Positions 30,101 through 38,736 of a stretch of DNA of 64,000 bases are shown here, one piece after another. This stretch comes from Myxococcota bacterium (GTDB taxonomy: Bacteria; Myxococcota_A; UBA796; CAJQPC01), in NCBI GenBank assembly GCA_036229005.1, contig JAZAMN010000059.1:1-64000 (forward strand), read 5' to 3'. The position numbers and the translations under genes were made by a program. The notes beneath the pieces are model-generated. The model was not told where the DNA came from. It made no database searches and saw only the letters and a list, made by a program, of their open reading frames with translations. Position 1 is the stretch's first letter. Each line of letters begins with the position of its first letter.

Positions 30101-33100
30101 GGTCGCGTAGTCGGCCAGGGAGAAGGAGTCGTCGCGCTCGACGCCAAAGTGGTCGCGCACCTCGGAGAAGATCTCCGCCTGCTTGACCGTGTCGATGCCC
30201 AGGTCGGCCTCGAGCTCGTAGTCCAGGTCCAGGTCCTCGCGCTCGTAGCCGGTCTTCTCGGAGATCACGGCCAGCAGGGTCTCCAGGACCTCGGCGGAGC
30301 GGGTGACCGGGGCCGCGCCGGACTCGGCGGCGGGCTCGGGAGCGGCGGGCGCCTCGACAGCGGGCGCCTCGGCAGTGGGTGCCTCGACAGCGGGTGCCGC
30401 GACGGGGGCGGCGGGGCCCTTGGCCATCTGCTCGGCCATCCAGCCAGCCAGCGCCCGGATGGTCGCGTAGTCGGCCAGCGAGAAGGAGTCGTCGCGCTCG
30501 ACGCCGTAGTGCTCACGCACCTCGGAGAAGATCTCCGCCTGCTTGACCGTGTCGATGCCCAGGTCGGCCTCGAGCTCGTAGTCGGGGTCCAGGTCCTCGC
30601 GCTCGTACCCGGTTTTCTCGCCGATGACGTCGATCAGATGCGACAGCACCTCGTCTGCGGACACGGCGGCGGCAGCCGGCGCCTGAGCGGGTGTGGGGGC
30701 GGACGCAGGTGCAGTGGTGGGGGCGGGAGCCTCGGGGGCCACGGAAGCCGCTCCTCCCTGGGCACCCATCTGCTCGGTCAGCCAGCCGGCCAGGGCCTTG
30801 ACGGTCGGGTAGTCGGCCAGCGAGAAGCTGTCGTCGCGCGCGATGCCGTAGTGGTCCCGCACCTCGGAGAAGATCTCCGCCTGCTTGACCGTGTCGATGC
30901 CCAGGTCGGCCTCGAGCTCGTACTCGGGGTCCAGGTCCTCGCGCTCGTACCCGGTCTTCTCGCCGATGACGGCCAGCAGGTGGTCCAGCACGGCCTGGGG
31001 GTCTGCGGAGGAGGCGGCTGCGGTGCTCTGCGGGGGGGCCTCCTGCACCTCCACCACACCCTGGCCCGCGGGCTCCTCGACACTCTGCGGCGCCGGCGAG
31101 GTCCCACTGGCGCCGACCTGCTCGGTCAGCCAGCCGGCCAGGGCCTTGACGGTCGGGTAGTCGGCCAGCGAGAAGTTGTCGTCGCGCGCGATGCCGTAGT
31201 GGTCCCGCACCTCGGAGAAGATCTCCGCCTGCTTGACCGTGTCGATGCCCAGGTCGGCCTCGAGCTCGTACTCGGGGTCCAGGTCCTCGCGGCCGTAGCC
31301 GGTCTTCTCACCGATGACGGCGAGCAGGTGCTCCAGGATGGCGGTGCCGTCGACCGCCTGTGCAGCGACCGGGGCGGCTGCGGGGGCCGCTTGGGTCACG
31401 GGCTTGGGGCTGGCGCTCTGGGCGCCCTCACGGGCACGCAGGGTGCGCTCCTCGACGACCAGCTCCACGCTGTCCATGCCGGTGATCTCGCTGAGCCAGC
31501 GCTGGTTCAGGGCGGCGTCGCTGATGCGCTGGTCCCCGATGGCGGCCTGCTTCCAGAGGCCCAGGGCGAGCTGGGAGCCGAAGCCGGCGGCCAGGCGCAG
31601 GGCGTAGGTGGCCTGGTGCTTGCCGCCGGTGGACAGGTTGAGGTTGCCCAGCTCGGGGTCGGGATCCCGCAGGTTGGGGATGGCCGGGGTCTGCTGGTAC
31701 TGCAGAGCCTTGATGGCCACGGCGTCCTCGATGGAGGCGCCCATCGGGTGGCCGGTCAGGCCCTTGGTGTTGGTGACCAGCACCGAGTCCGCGCCCGCGC
31801 CGTAGGAGGCCCGGATGGCGGCGATCTCGGCGGCGGCGGAGCCACCCCGCGCGGGGGTGTAGGTCTCGTGGGACATGAACAGCGTGCGGCGGCCCATCTC
31901 CTCGGGGCTGATGCCCTCGCGGGCGGCGCCCTTGCGCACCAGCTCGCTCATGACGCCGGAGATGTGGTTCACGTCCAGGCGGGTGCCGTGGAACGCGGAG
32001 TTCACGCTGACGGAGCCCACCAGCTCGGCCACGGGGACCAGCCCGCGGGCGGCGGTGTCCTCCTGGCGCTCGATGATGAGGCCCACGGCGCCCATGCCCA
32101 GGATCATCCCGTGGCGGCGGCGGTCGAAGGGCAGCGCGGCGTTCTCCACCTTGTCCTCGGTGGTCGCGGCGCCCGCGGCCAGGAAGCCGGAGCCCAGCCA
32201 CTCGAGCAGGTCGGGGGTGGTCACGTCGTCGGCGCCCACCACGATGACGCGGCGGCAGCGGCCCAGGGTGATCCAGTCCTCGGCGATGCCGACGGCCTGG
32301 GTGGTGCTGGAGCAGGCGGAGTTGATCTGGGTGTTGGGCCCGCGGGCCCCGATGAGCTGCGCGAACTGCGAGTGGCCCATGGACAGGACCTGCAGCAGGA
32401 AGCGGCGATCGAAGTGCCCCTCGTCGTCCAGGCCGCCGCCGGTGAGCTTCTCGGCCATGCGGTTCAGGCCGGGGAAGGCCGAGGCGAAAATGATGCCGGT
32501 GTCATCGCGCATGGACTCGGGCAGGGCCCAGCCGGTGGCGACGGAGCTGCCCTTGGTGGTCTCGCGGTAGGTGCGGACCAGAGGGATGCCGGCGTCGCGC
32601 AGGGCCTCGTAGCCGGCGGCGATGGCGAGCTGGGTGGCGCGGTCGAAGGCCTTGATGATGCGCGGGCTGACGCCCCACTCCGACAGATCGAAGTGCTGGG
32701 CCTGGCCGGCCAGGCGGATGACCTGGTCCTCCCGCTCGACGGGCTCGAAGCTTCCCTGGCCGCTGGCGTCCTTGAAGACGCGCACGATGCCCTTGTCCAG
32801 GAAGGCCTCCCGGACGTGCTGGGGCACGGGGTCGATCCGGTTGTCGCCGCGGAGCACGCTGTGGACGTTGTCCTCGCTGAACACCTCGGTCCCGCCAGGG
32901 AGCCCGACAGAGGCGCCGCTGCACACGATGCGGGGGCGGTGGATCACGTCTCCCCCGAGCGCCACCTGAGCGCTCTGACCCGCAGCGATCTGTGCGGCCT
33001 GCTGGACGGGGGCGGGGGGCATGAGCCGGCGGGCGGCCTGGAAGCTGGCGTCCAGGAGCTTCTGCACCATCGGCAGCATGCTTTGGGCGAAGGCCTGCGC

Positions 33101-36100
33101 GTCGGCGCCCTGAATACCCATCTGCGCCGCCTGGACCAGGAAGTCCTGGACCATCTGTGCGCTGTCATCCACCGGCGAGGACACGCTGGCGGCGGGCTGG
33201 GTGGCGATGCTGCGCTGCTGGACGGGGGCCTTGGGCGCGGCTGCGGGCTGGCTGACGGGGCCTCGGGGCTGGGTGGCGACGGCGGGCGCGCTGCGGTCCC
33301 AGCGGGGCTCGAACTGCCCCAGGCGGCCGGCGAAGTAGTGCACCAGATCGCGCAGGCTGGGGTGGTCGGAGAGAAGGAAGCCCGCCTCGCGCTCCAGCTT
33401 GAAGTCCTGACGGAGCTGGGCGACCAGCTCGGCCTGACGCACCGTGTCGATGCCCAGGTCTGCCTCGAGCTCCAGGTCGGGCTCCAGGCCGGCGGGCTCC
33501 ACGCCAGCGCGGTCGGCGACGGCCTTGTAGACGGCCTCGATCACGTAGGGGGTGGCCTGCAGCTCGCCCGCGGGCTGGGCGGGGGTGGCCATGGCCTTGG
33601 CGATGGCCTCGCTGGTGGCGAAGCGCTCACCGGGGGGCTGCAGCAGGTCGACCACCTGGGTGCCGGGGTCCTGCTTGACGGGGAAGCCCATGGCGACCAG
33701 ACCGGCCACGGCGTCCCGGAAGGAGCGGGCGCCGCCCACCTTGGGGTGGTTGGTGTTGAGCACGCGGTGGGGGCGGCCCTTGAGGATGGTGGAGATCATC
33801 CCCGCCAGGGCGCGCTTGGGGCCGATCTCGACGAAGATGCGGGCGCCCTCGGCGTACATGCGCTCGACCTGGTTGACCCACTCCACAGGCGCGGCCACCT
33901 GCTTGGAGAGCAGGTCGATGATCTCCTCGCTGGTCTCGGGGTACCAGCGCGAGGTCACGTTGGACGTGATGGGGCGGCTGGGCGGCACGATGTTGCTGCG
34001 CTCCAGCACCCGCTTGAGGGGCTCGGATGCAGGGGCGACGATGGCCGAGTGGAAGGCGTGGGACACCGGCAGGGGGATGACGGTGATGTTCCGGCTGCGG
34101 AAGATCTCGCTGGCGGCCTCGACCGCGAGGGTCGCGCCGGCGATGACGGTCTGCTTGGGGGAGTTCTTGTTGGCGGCGATGACGTAGCCGTCGATCTCGG
34201 CCAGGACCTCGTCGACCACCTCGGAGGAGGCGGCCACGCCGGCCATCGCGCCGGGGTCATCGAGCTGGATGCAGGCCATCTCGCGGCCGCGGGCGGTGAC
34301 CGCCTGGAGCGAGCCCCAGAAGTCGGTGACGCCGGCGGCGACCAGCGCGCCGTACTCACCCAGGCTGTGCCCGGCGACCATGTCGGGGAACACGCCGTGG
34401 CCGGAGAGCACCCGCAGCAGGGCGATGTCCAGGGTCAGGGTGGCGGGCTGGGCGATCTCGGTGGCCCGCAGGGCGTTGAAGGAGGCGTCCTTGTCGTCGG
34501 GGTCGATGCCGACGATGTAGTCCATGATGGACCGGCCGATCTCGGGGGAGATGACCTGGTCGGCCTCCTCGAAGGTGGCCTTGACCAGGGGGTAGGGCTC
34601 GAAGAGATCCAGGCCCATGCCCAGGTACTGGCTGCCCTGGCCGGTGAACACGAAGGCCAGCTTGCCGTTGGCCGGGGTGTCCTCCACGTGGATGGAGCGC
34701 ATGCGCAGGATGTCCCAGCCGCGGCCCTTGTCGGCGGCCTTGCGGATCTTGGCGATCTGCTGCTTGCGCTCCTCCAGGGAGTCGGCGGCGGCGGCCACGC
34801 GCAGGGGCAGGCTGGGGTTCCAGGGGGCGTCCTCGCCGCGCTCGATGCGGTCCAGGTTGGCCAGCAGGCCGGTCAGGTCCCGGGCGGAGGTGGCCCAGAT
34901 GCCCTGGGGCAGAGGCCGCTCGATGACCTCGACGGTGGACGGGGTGCTCACGGGCGCGCGGGCCGCACTGTCCGAGGGGGTGTACTCCTCCAGCACGGCG
35001 TGGAAGTTGGTCCCTCCAAACCCGAAGGCGGAGACGCCCGCCATGCGGGACCAGCCGCGGGTCTCCCAGGGCTCGGCGTGGGTCTGGACCTGCAGGGGCA
35101 CGGCGTCCATGGGCAGGTCGGCGCGGCCCTCCTTGAAGTTGATGGAGGGGGGCAGGACCTTGTTGTGGAGCGCCAGGGCGACCTTGATCATGGACGCGGC
35201 GCCGGCGGCGGACTTGAGGTGGCCGATCTGGGACTTGACGGAGCCGATGCGGATGGGACCGCGGGCCCCGCGGCGACCGCTACCGATGACGTCGGAGAGC
35301 GCGGTGACCTCGATCTTGTCGCCGACCACGGTGGAGGTGCCGTGGCACTCCAGCAGGTCGACCTCGACGGGATCCACGGCGGCGTCGGCGTAGGCGCGAC
35401 GCAGGGCGCGGCGCTGGCCCTCGATGTTGGGGGCGGTGATGCCCTTGCCCTTGCCGTCGGAGCTGGCGCCCATGCCGCGGATCACGGCGTAGATGCGGTC
35501 CCCGTCACGCTCGGCGTCGCTCAGCCGCTTGAGCACCAGGACGCCGGCGCCCTCGCCCATGACGAAGCCGTTGGCGCCCTTGTCGAAGGGGGAGCTCCGG
35601 TCGTGGGACAGGGCCCCGATGGCGGAGAACTTGGCGTAGGTGGGCGGGTCCATGGAGCGGTCGGAGCCGCCGGTGACCGCCACGTCGAAGTCGCCATCCT
35701 GCAGGCCCTTCATGGCGGCGTGGATGGCGGCCATGGAGCTCGCGCAGGCAGCGTCCACGGTGTAGTTGGGGCCGCCCAGGTCGAAGGCGTTGGTCACGCG
35801 ACCGGCCACGACGTTGGAGAGCTCACCGGGCATGGAGTCCTCGGTGATGGGGGGCAGGGCCTCCTTGAAGCTGGCCTCGAAGGCGTCCAGGATGGCGTCC
35901 TGCTGGGCCTTGGGCATGGCCTGGACTTCCGGGGTCGCCTTGAGCTGCTCCCGCACGGTCGCGATGTGGATGCGCAGGCTGGAGGCATCGCGCGCGGCGT
36001 TGCCGCCCATGGCGTTGCCCAGGATGACGGCGATGCGGGAGCGATCGACCTTGGAGTCCTTGGTGATCCCGGCGTCCTCCAGAGCCTCGCCGACGGCCAC

Positions 36101-37474
36101 CAGGGCCATCTTCTGCACATCGTCGATGAAGCTGGCCATCTTGGGCGGGATGCGGAACTCCCGCGCCTTGAAGGGCAGGTCCCGCACCCAGCCGCCGATC
36201 TTGGAGTAGGTGCTGTCGGGGATGCCCCGCTCGGAGACCCAGAAGAGCTCGGGGTCCCAGCGGTCGGGGGTGACCTCGGTGATGCTGTTTCGGCCGGCCT
36301 GGAGGTTCTCCCAGAAGGCCTTGACGTTGGGGGCATCCGGCAGGACAGCGCCCAGGCCCACGACGGCGATCAGCTCCTGGCTAGGCGCGGGGCCCTCCCG
36401 CTCGGGGACCTCGATGTCCAGCGCGGGGGCGGCCTCGGGGGCGGCGGGGGCGACCGGCTCGGGGGGCAGAGCGTCGGCGAACTCGGCGCGGGCGGCCTCG
36501 ATGGCCTCGACGGCGGCCTCAACGGGCTGTCCGACCGCCATGGCGGCGACCAGGGGATCACCGGCGATGGGCTGGCCCTCCCAGGCGGCGAGCTGCCAGA
36601 GGACCGCGCTGCCGACGCTGCCGCCGGCGTGGGCGATGACGGCCTTCCCGTTGGCGGCGCGAAGGGCGCTGAGGCTACGACCAATCTCCCCCCCGAGCGT
36701 CCAGGGGCGGGCCTGGGCGGCGCGGCTGCGGGCCTGCTCCATGGCGAGCTGGGTGGCGCGCACGCAGTCGCTCAGGCTGTGGTAGCGGGCGACCAGCTCC
36801 CCCGCGAGGGCGAGCCCCTGACCGGCAGGCCAGGCGGCGGCGAGGTGGTCATCGGCGCTGCACCAATCCGCCCACACCGTCTCGGGGGCCTCCCCCTCCG
36901 CCAACCTGCGAACCACGGGTGACAGCGAGGACGCCGTGATGCGGACACCCTCCACCACGCGGCTGGACAGGTCACCGGCCTTGCGGGCCTGCTCCCGCAG
37001 GTGCGGCCCCACCACGCCGTCGAATCCGTAGAGCTGCTCCCGAAGCACAACACCTTGCGCACCCAGCGCGACCGCGGCGGCCGCGGTGTCCGGCCCCACG
37101 CCGGCGTCCAGGATGCACGCGCCCTCCTGCTCGGCGAGCATGGCCAGGCCCTCGCGCGCGCCGACGCGACCACCGGCCTCAGAGCCACGCAGGAACACCC
37201 CCGCGAAGCCCTCGGGCACCGCGGTGGGCTCCAGCACCTCCAGCCAGCAGGGGGTGCCCTCCACCAGCGTGTCCTCGCCGGTGAACACGAGTCCTGCGGC
37301 GTGGGGTGCGGACTGCCCGGGGTTGAGGCGGGCCCAGGCCCCCTGCGGCCAATCCCCCACCACCTCTCCCCCCTCGCTGAGGTCGAGGACGGGGGTGGCT
37401 CCGACGGCGAGGACCTTGTCGGCCAGCGCAGCAGCGGAGGGAGGCAGGATCACGAACAGGGAGGCGGAAGACAT
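27110..37474 (-). CDS. Iterative type I PKS/FAS-like megasynthase: NMO/ER-like, KS, AT, ACP, KS, 4xACP, KR, DH, PPTase (3454 aa)
   Basis: KS1 DAACASS/ECHGTST/GHLKS; AT GHSLG, HAFHS; KS2 SACSS/SHETYT/GHPMG; 5 ACPs LEADLGIDTV; KR TGGGRG...YSAAN; DH DH.....PVLPG; PPTase GVDLE, WSAKEAVLKA. Confidence 0.93.
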   Translation of the reverse strand: MSSASLFVILPPSAAALADKVLAVGATPVLDLSEGGEVVGDWPQGAWARLNPGQSAPHAAGLVFTGEDTLVEGTPCWLEVLEPTAVPEGFAGVFLRGSEAGGRVGAREGLAMLAEQEGACILDAGVGPDTAAAAVALGAQGVVLREQLYGFDGVVGPHLREQARKAGDLSSRVVEGVRITASSLSPVVRRLAEGEAPETVWADWCSADDHLAAAWPAGQGLALAGELVARYHSLSDCVRATQLAMEQARSRAAQARPWTLGGEIGRSLSALRAANGKAVIAHAGGSVGSAVLWQLAAWEGQPIAGDPLVAAMAVGQPVEAAVEAIEAARAEFADALPPEPVAPAAPEAAPALDIEVPEREGPAPSQELIAVVGLGAVLPDAPNVKAFWENLQAGRNSITEVTPDRWDPELFWVSERGIPDSTYSKIGGWVRDLPFKAREFRIPPKMASFIDDVQKMALVAVGEALEDAGITKDSKVDRSRIAVILGNAMGGNAARDASSLRIHIATVREQLKATPEVQAMPKAQQDAILDAFEASFKEALPPITEDSMPGELSNVVAGRVTNAFDLGGPNYTVDAACASSMAAIHAAMKGLQDGDFDVAVTGGSDRSMDPPTYAKFSAIGALSHDRSSPFDKGANGFVMGEGAGVLVLKRLSDAERDGDRIYAVIRGMGASSDGKGKGITAPNIEGQRRALRRAYADAAVDPVEVDLLECHGTSTVVGDKIEVTALSDVIGSGRRGARGPIRIGSVKSQIGHLKSAAGAASMIKVALALHNKVLPPSINFKEGRADLPMDAVPLQVQTHAEPWETRGWSRMAGVSAFGFGGTNFHAVLEEYTPSDSAARAPVSTPSTVEVIERPLPQGIWATSARDLTGLLANLDRIERGEDAPWNPSLPLRVAAAADSLEERKQQIAKIRKAADKGRGWDILRMRSIHVEDTPANGKLAFVFTGQGSQYLGMGLDLFEPYPLVKATFEEADQVISPEIGRSIMDYIVGIDPDDKDASFNALRATEIAQPATLTLDIALLRVLSGHGVFPDMVAGHSLGEYGALVAAGVTDFWGSLQAVTARGREMACIQLDDPGAMAGVAASSEVVDEVLAEIDGYVIAANKNSPKQTVIAGATLAVEAASEIFRSRNITVIPLPVSHAFHSAIVAPASEPLKRVLERSNIVPPSRPITSNVTSRWYPETSEEIIDLLSKQVAAPVEWVNQVERMYAEGARIFVEIGPKRALAGMISTILKGRPHRVLNTNHPKVGGARSFRDAVAGLVAMGFPVKQDPGTQVVDLLQPPGERFATSEAIAKAMATPAQPAGELQATPYVIEAVYKAVADRAGVEPAGLEPDLELEADLGIDTVRQAELVAQLRQDFKLEREAGFLLSDHPSLRDLVHYFAGRLGQFEPRWDRSAPAVATQPRGPVSQPAAAPKAPVQQRSIATQPAASVSSPVDDSAQMVQDFLVQAAQMGIQGADAQAFAQSMLPMVQKLLDASFQAARRLMPPAPVQQAAQIAAGQSAQVALGGDVIHRPRIVCSGASVGLPGGTEVFSEDNVHSVLRGDNRIDPVPQHVREAFLDKGIVRVFKDASGQGSFEPVEREDQVIRLAGQAQHFDLSEWGVSPRIIKAFDRATQLAIAAGYEALRDAGIPLVRTYRETTKGSSVATGWALPESMRDDTGIIFASAFPGLNRMAEKLTGGGLDDEGHFDRRFLLQVLSMGHSQFAQLIGARGPNTQINSACSSTTQAVGIAEDWITLGRCRRVIVVGADDVTTPDLLEWLGSGFLAAGAATTEDKVENAALPFDRRRHGMILGMGAVGLIIERQEDTAARGLVPVAELVGSVSVNSAFHGTRLDVNHISGVMSELVRKGAAREGISPEEMGRRTLFMSHETYTPARGGSAAAEIAAIRASYGAGADSVLVTNTKGLTGHPMGASIEDAVAIKALQYQQTPAIPNLRDPDPELGNLNLSTGGKHQATYALRLAAGFGSQLALGLWKQAAIGDQRISDAALNQRWLSEITGMDSVELVVEERTLRAREGAQSASPKPVTQAAPAAAPVAAQAVDGTAILEHLLAVIGEKTGYGREDLDPEYELEADLGIDTVKQAEIFSEVRDHYGIARDDNFSLADYPTVKALAGWLTEQVGASGTSPAPQSVEEPAGQGVVEVQEAPPQSTAAASSADPQAVLDHLLAVIGEKTGYEREDLDPEYELEADLGIDTVKQAEIFSEVRDHYGIARDDSFSLADYPTVKALAGWLTEQMGAQGGAASVAPEAPAPTTAPASAPTPAQAPAAAAVSADEVLSHLIDVIGEKTGYEREDLDPDYELEADLGIDTVKQAEIFSEVREHYGVERDDSFSLADYATIRALAGWMAEQMAKGPAAPVAAPAVEAPTAEAPAVEAPAAPEPAAESGAAPVTRSAEVLETLLAVISEKTGYEREDLDLDYELEADLGIDTVKQAEIFSEVRDHFGVERDDSFSLADYATIGALAGWLGERVSADAAPVSAEPAAAEPSVEEDASDPLSELPPTFWIRRPVRLPRPLNLEGSLQGRVVRVLGDGPVAEAMVEALAERGASTEGEPDAVVDVAGDVFSTFRVAQEHVETAVRDWICLTMMGELDGMTPDQAFFDGSRAGFTKALGREWEDCSARVVDVSPQLEPERIAELLCQELAAHDGTVECFHGYDGTRTVIELAIEEHPPALQRPNDNQVVLVTGGGRGVTSRVAVEFARRSPATLVLVGRSPAGTEPLDEKAEKDRIRAELKEAGERATPAQIERQLHKLRKAEEIRQTLEELRGLGATAEYRTCDMADVQSLRDLVGSVKADYGRIDGVIHGAGVEESRLIQDKDEAAFHRVFDGKAVGGLTLVEAIEEGTWLLSMGSVAGRFGNQGQVDYSAANEALAQICLSRPRSLHVDWTAWGDVGMAVRGGMQNLLEARGVELLPAHAGAALAVDLIAAGVEGEVVVAGKLGGLNPSPNHPLLDSVEHEGPVVVARYSLDQDRDPWILDHAIDKVPVLPGVMGLELMAAAASLARPGLAYVGVEDVQFSKPVKLYRGQGCDLELRAEPTPDGRVRCELYSERVNKAGKTLRTHHFSATVRLEGKPELAPMPPAFFPEEPIGRGEIYRRFFHGPAFQVLRGAEAVTRDGLSATARVEHSYIAQGLITSPLALEAAFQAAGLHAMVAEGSLALPASVETVWMARTVRDGEDLTITAQLRPDGAYDVDLDGEDGRLMSVRGFRMVEKGPLPERDRFQEPEDGWEESAFGEAVVVRPSSGGADACLRSAQVGEDPSPWLSEAELAELQARGTPKRQADRIAGRIAAKRALVDLTGASPMDIRIQSLESGEPQVVVHGVRGPRVSISHSAGHAVALATQQGRVGVDLEQVEARHPAFLEEWFSENERSLLADDPRAVTVAWSAKEAVLKALGRGMALNPREVQVCGIEQDRVQVRLRGQVASAHRELGGAPVEIQVEDRAEGVLVVARFAA
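30070..31345 (-). repeat. Four tandem near-identical ACP-coding units within the PKS
   Basis: Recurring cacctcggagaagatctccgcctgcttgaccgtgtcgatgcccaggtcggcctcgagctcgta at 342-360 bp spacing. Confidence 0.92.
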
Positions 37475-37586
37475 GCAGGACCTGGGAAGGCAGGGTGGCA
37501 GTGCGTAGGGGACTACGCGGCGCGGGGAGCGGGGATCCCCACGATAGCGTGCTCGGCGTGAAGCTCCGAGCCTTGCCTGCGCGGAC

Positions 37587-37602
37587 AGCAAGCCGCGTGC
37601 CA
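37587..37602 (-). promoter_or_regulatory. Sigma54 (-24/-12) promoter for the PKS
   Basis: TGGCACGCGGCTTGCT matches TGGCAC-N5-TTGCW, ~110 bp upstream of the ATG. Confidence 0.8.
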
Positions 37603-37638
37603 GTTCGCTGCGCGCCCTCCCGTTGTAGCCTTCGCCCC

Positions 37639-38457
37639 ATGTCCAGCTACCGCGACGACTTCTACCGCCAGCCCGAACTCTACGACCTGGAGTACGCGGC
37701 GCTGGACGAGGACCTCTCCTTCTACGCCGCCCTCGCCCGCTCAGCGGGGCGCGTGCTGGAGCTGGGAGCCGGCACCGGACGGGTCACCGAGGCCATGCTG
37801 AGCGCCGGCGCGTTCGTCCACGCCGTGGATCTCTCCCCGCAGATGCTGGAGCGCCTGGGACAGCGCGTGCTCAGCCTGGGCGCCAGCGACCGCGTGGAGC
37901 GCATCCAGAGCAGCTTCCTGGAGCTCCCCGAGCTGGACCTGGTCCCCCTGGTGGTGCTCCCCTTCAACACCATCCACCACGTCTACTCCTGGCGCGATGT
38001 GCTGCGGCTCTTCGACCAGGTCAAGGCCCGCCTGCTCCCGGGCGGCCGCTTCGCGCTGGACATGCTGGTCCCCAACCCCGCGTTCTTCGAGCGCGACCGC
38101 GACGGGGTCCACGAGCTGCGGCACTTCCCCGACCCTGCGGGCGGCCGCCTCAAGACCTGGGAGAACGGCTGGTACGACCCGATCACCCAGATCAACCACG
38201 TCCGCTACCACTACGAGCGCGCCGACGGGCGCCGGCAGGTGGTCCAGGTGCCGATGCGCATGTGGTACCCGGCGGAGATCCTGGGGCTCGTGGAGCAGGC
38301 CGGGTGGAAGATGCTCCGTTGTGACGGCGACTTTCGGGGCAAACCGCTCGGGCCGGGAGACCACAAGATCGTCCTCGTCCTCAAGGCCCCCGACGAGGAC
38401 ACTGGTTCGCCGGCTGGTTCGCCGGCGGGCTCGCCGAAGGGTCCGTCGGCCGGCTGA
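37639..38457 (+). CDS. Class I SAM-dependent methyltransferase
   Basis: YDLEY...D..FY, VLELGAGTGRV, VDLSPQML. Confidence 0.9.
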   Translation: MSSYRDDFYRQPELYDLEYAALDEDLSFYAALARSAGRVLELGAGTGRVTEAMLSAGAFVHAVDLSPQMLERLGQRVLSLGASDRVERIQSSFLELPELDLVPLVVLPFNTIHHVYSWRDVLRLFDQVKARLLPGGRFALDMLVPNPAFFERDRDGVHELRHFPDPAGGRLKTWENGWYDPITQINHVRYHYERADGRRQVVQVPMRMWYPAEILGLVEQAGWKMLRCDGDFRGKPLGPGDHKIVLVLKAPDEDTGSPAGSPAGSPKGPSAG

Positions 38458-38483
38458 CTCCGGCGCGGGGCTTTGCCACAGGC

Positions 38484-38511
38484 AAAAAAAAACCACCCCG
38501 AAGGGTGGTTT
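38484..38511 (-). terminator. Rho-independent terminator of the candidate sRNA
   Basis: AAACCACCC-TTCG-GGGTGGTTT followed by a T-run. Confidence 0.9.
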
Positions 38512-38653
38512 AGGCCCTCAATGGGGCAATCCAGTTTCCTGGAAAAGAAAAGGCCGGGCCTCCTCGATACCGAATGTGGGGGGGGGGGACGCACTCGGTA
38601 TGACGTGGAGGAGGTCCCGGCCAGAACCTCGCGAGGTCTCCCTCGCTTTTCTT
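38484..38653 (-). ncRNA. Candidate structured small RNA (~170 nt), family unassigned
   Basis: Own promoter and terminator, no ATG, two GNRA hairpins, long hairpin with C11 loop. Confidence 0.75.
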
Positions 38654-38659
38654 GAATAC

Positions 38660-38688
38660 AGTATAGGGAGGTGATCGCCGCCCGTCAA
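38660..38688 (-). promoter_or_regulatory. Sigma70-type promoter
   Basis: TTGACG (38688-38683), 17-nt spacer, TATACT (38665-38660). Confidence 0.85.
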
Positions 38689-38691
38689 GAG

Positions 38692-38727
38692 AAAAAAGGC
38701 AAGTCAGATGAAAGCGCCTGACTTGCC
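38692..38727 (-). terminator. Rho-independent terminator of the 38737..41634 gene
   Basis: GGCAAGTCAG-N10-CTGACTTGCC-TTTTTT just after the stop codon. Confidence 0.88.
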
Positions 38728-38736
38728 CCCTCTCAA

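Noticed and set aside
27194..36922. 3242-aa plus-strand ORF
   Set aside because: Antisense shadow of the PKS; stop-free because of high-GC codon bias; no recognisable motifs
38404..38436. gg(t/c)tcgccg x3 short repeat
   Set aside because: Encodes the low-complexity GSPA tail of the methyltransferase
38211..38674. Short ORFs across the sRNA region (38473..38655 +, 38211..38594 -, 37997..38674 +)
   Set aside because: Atypical codon use; they cross terminators; RNA structure explains the sequence better
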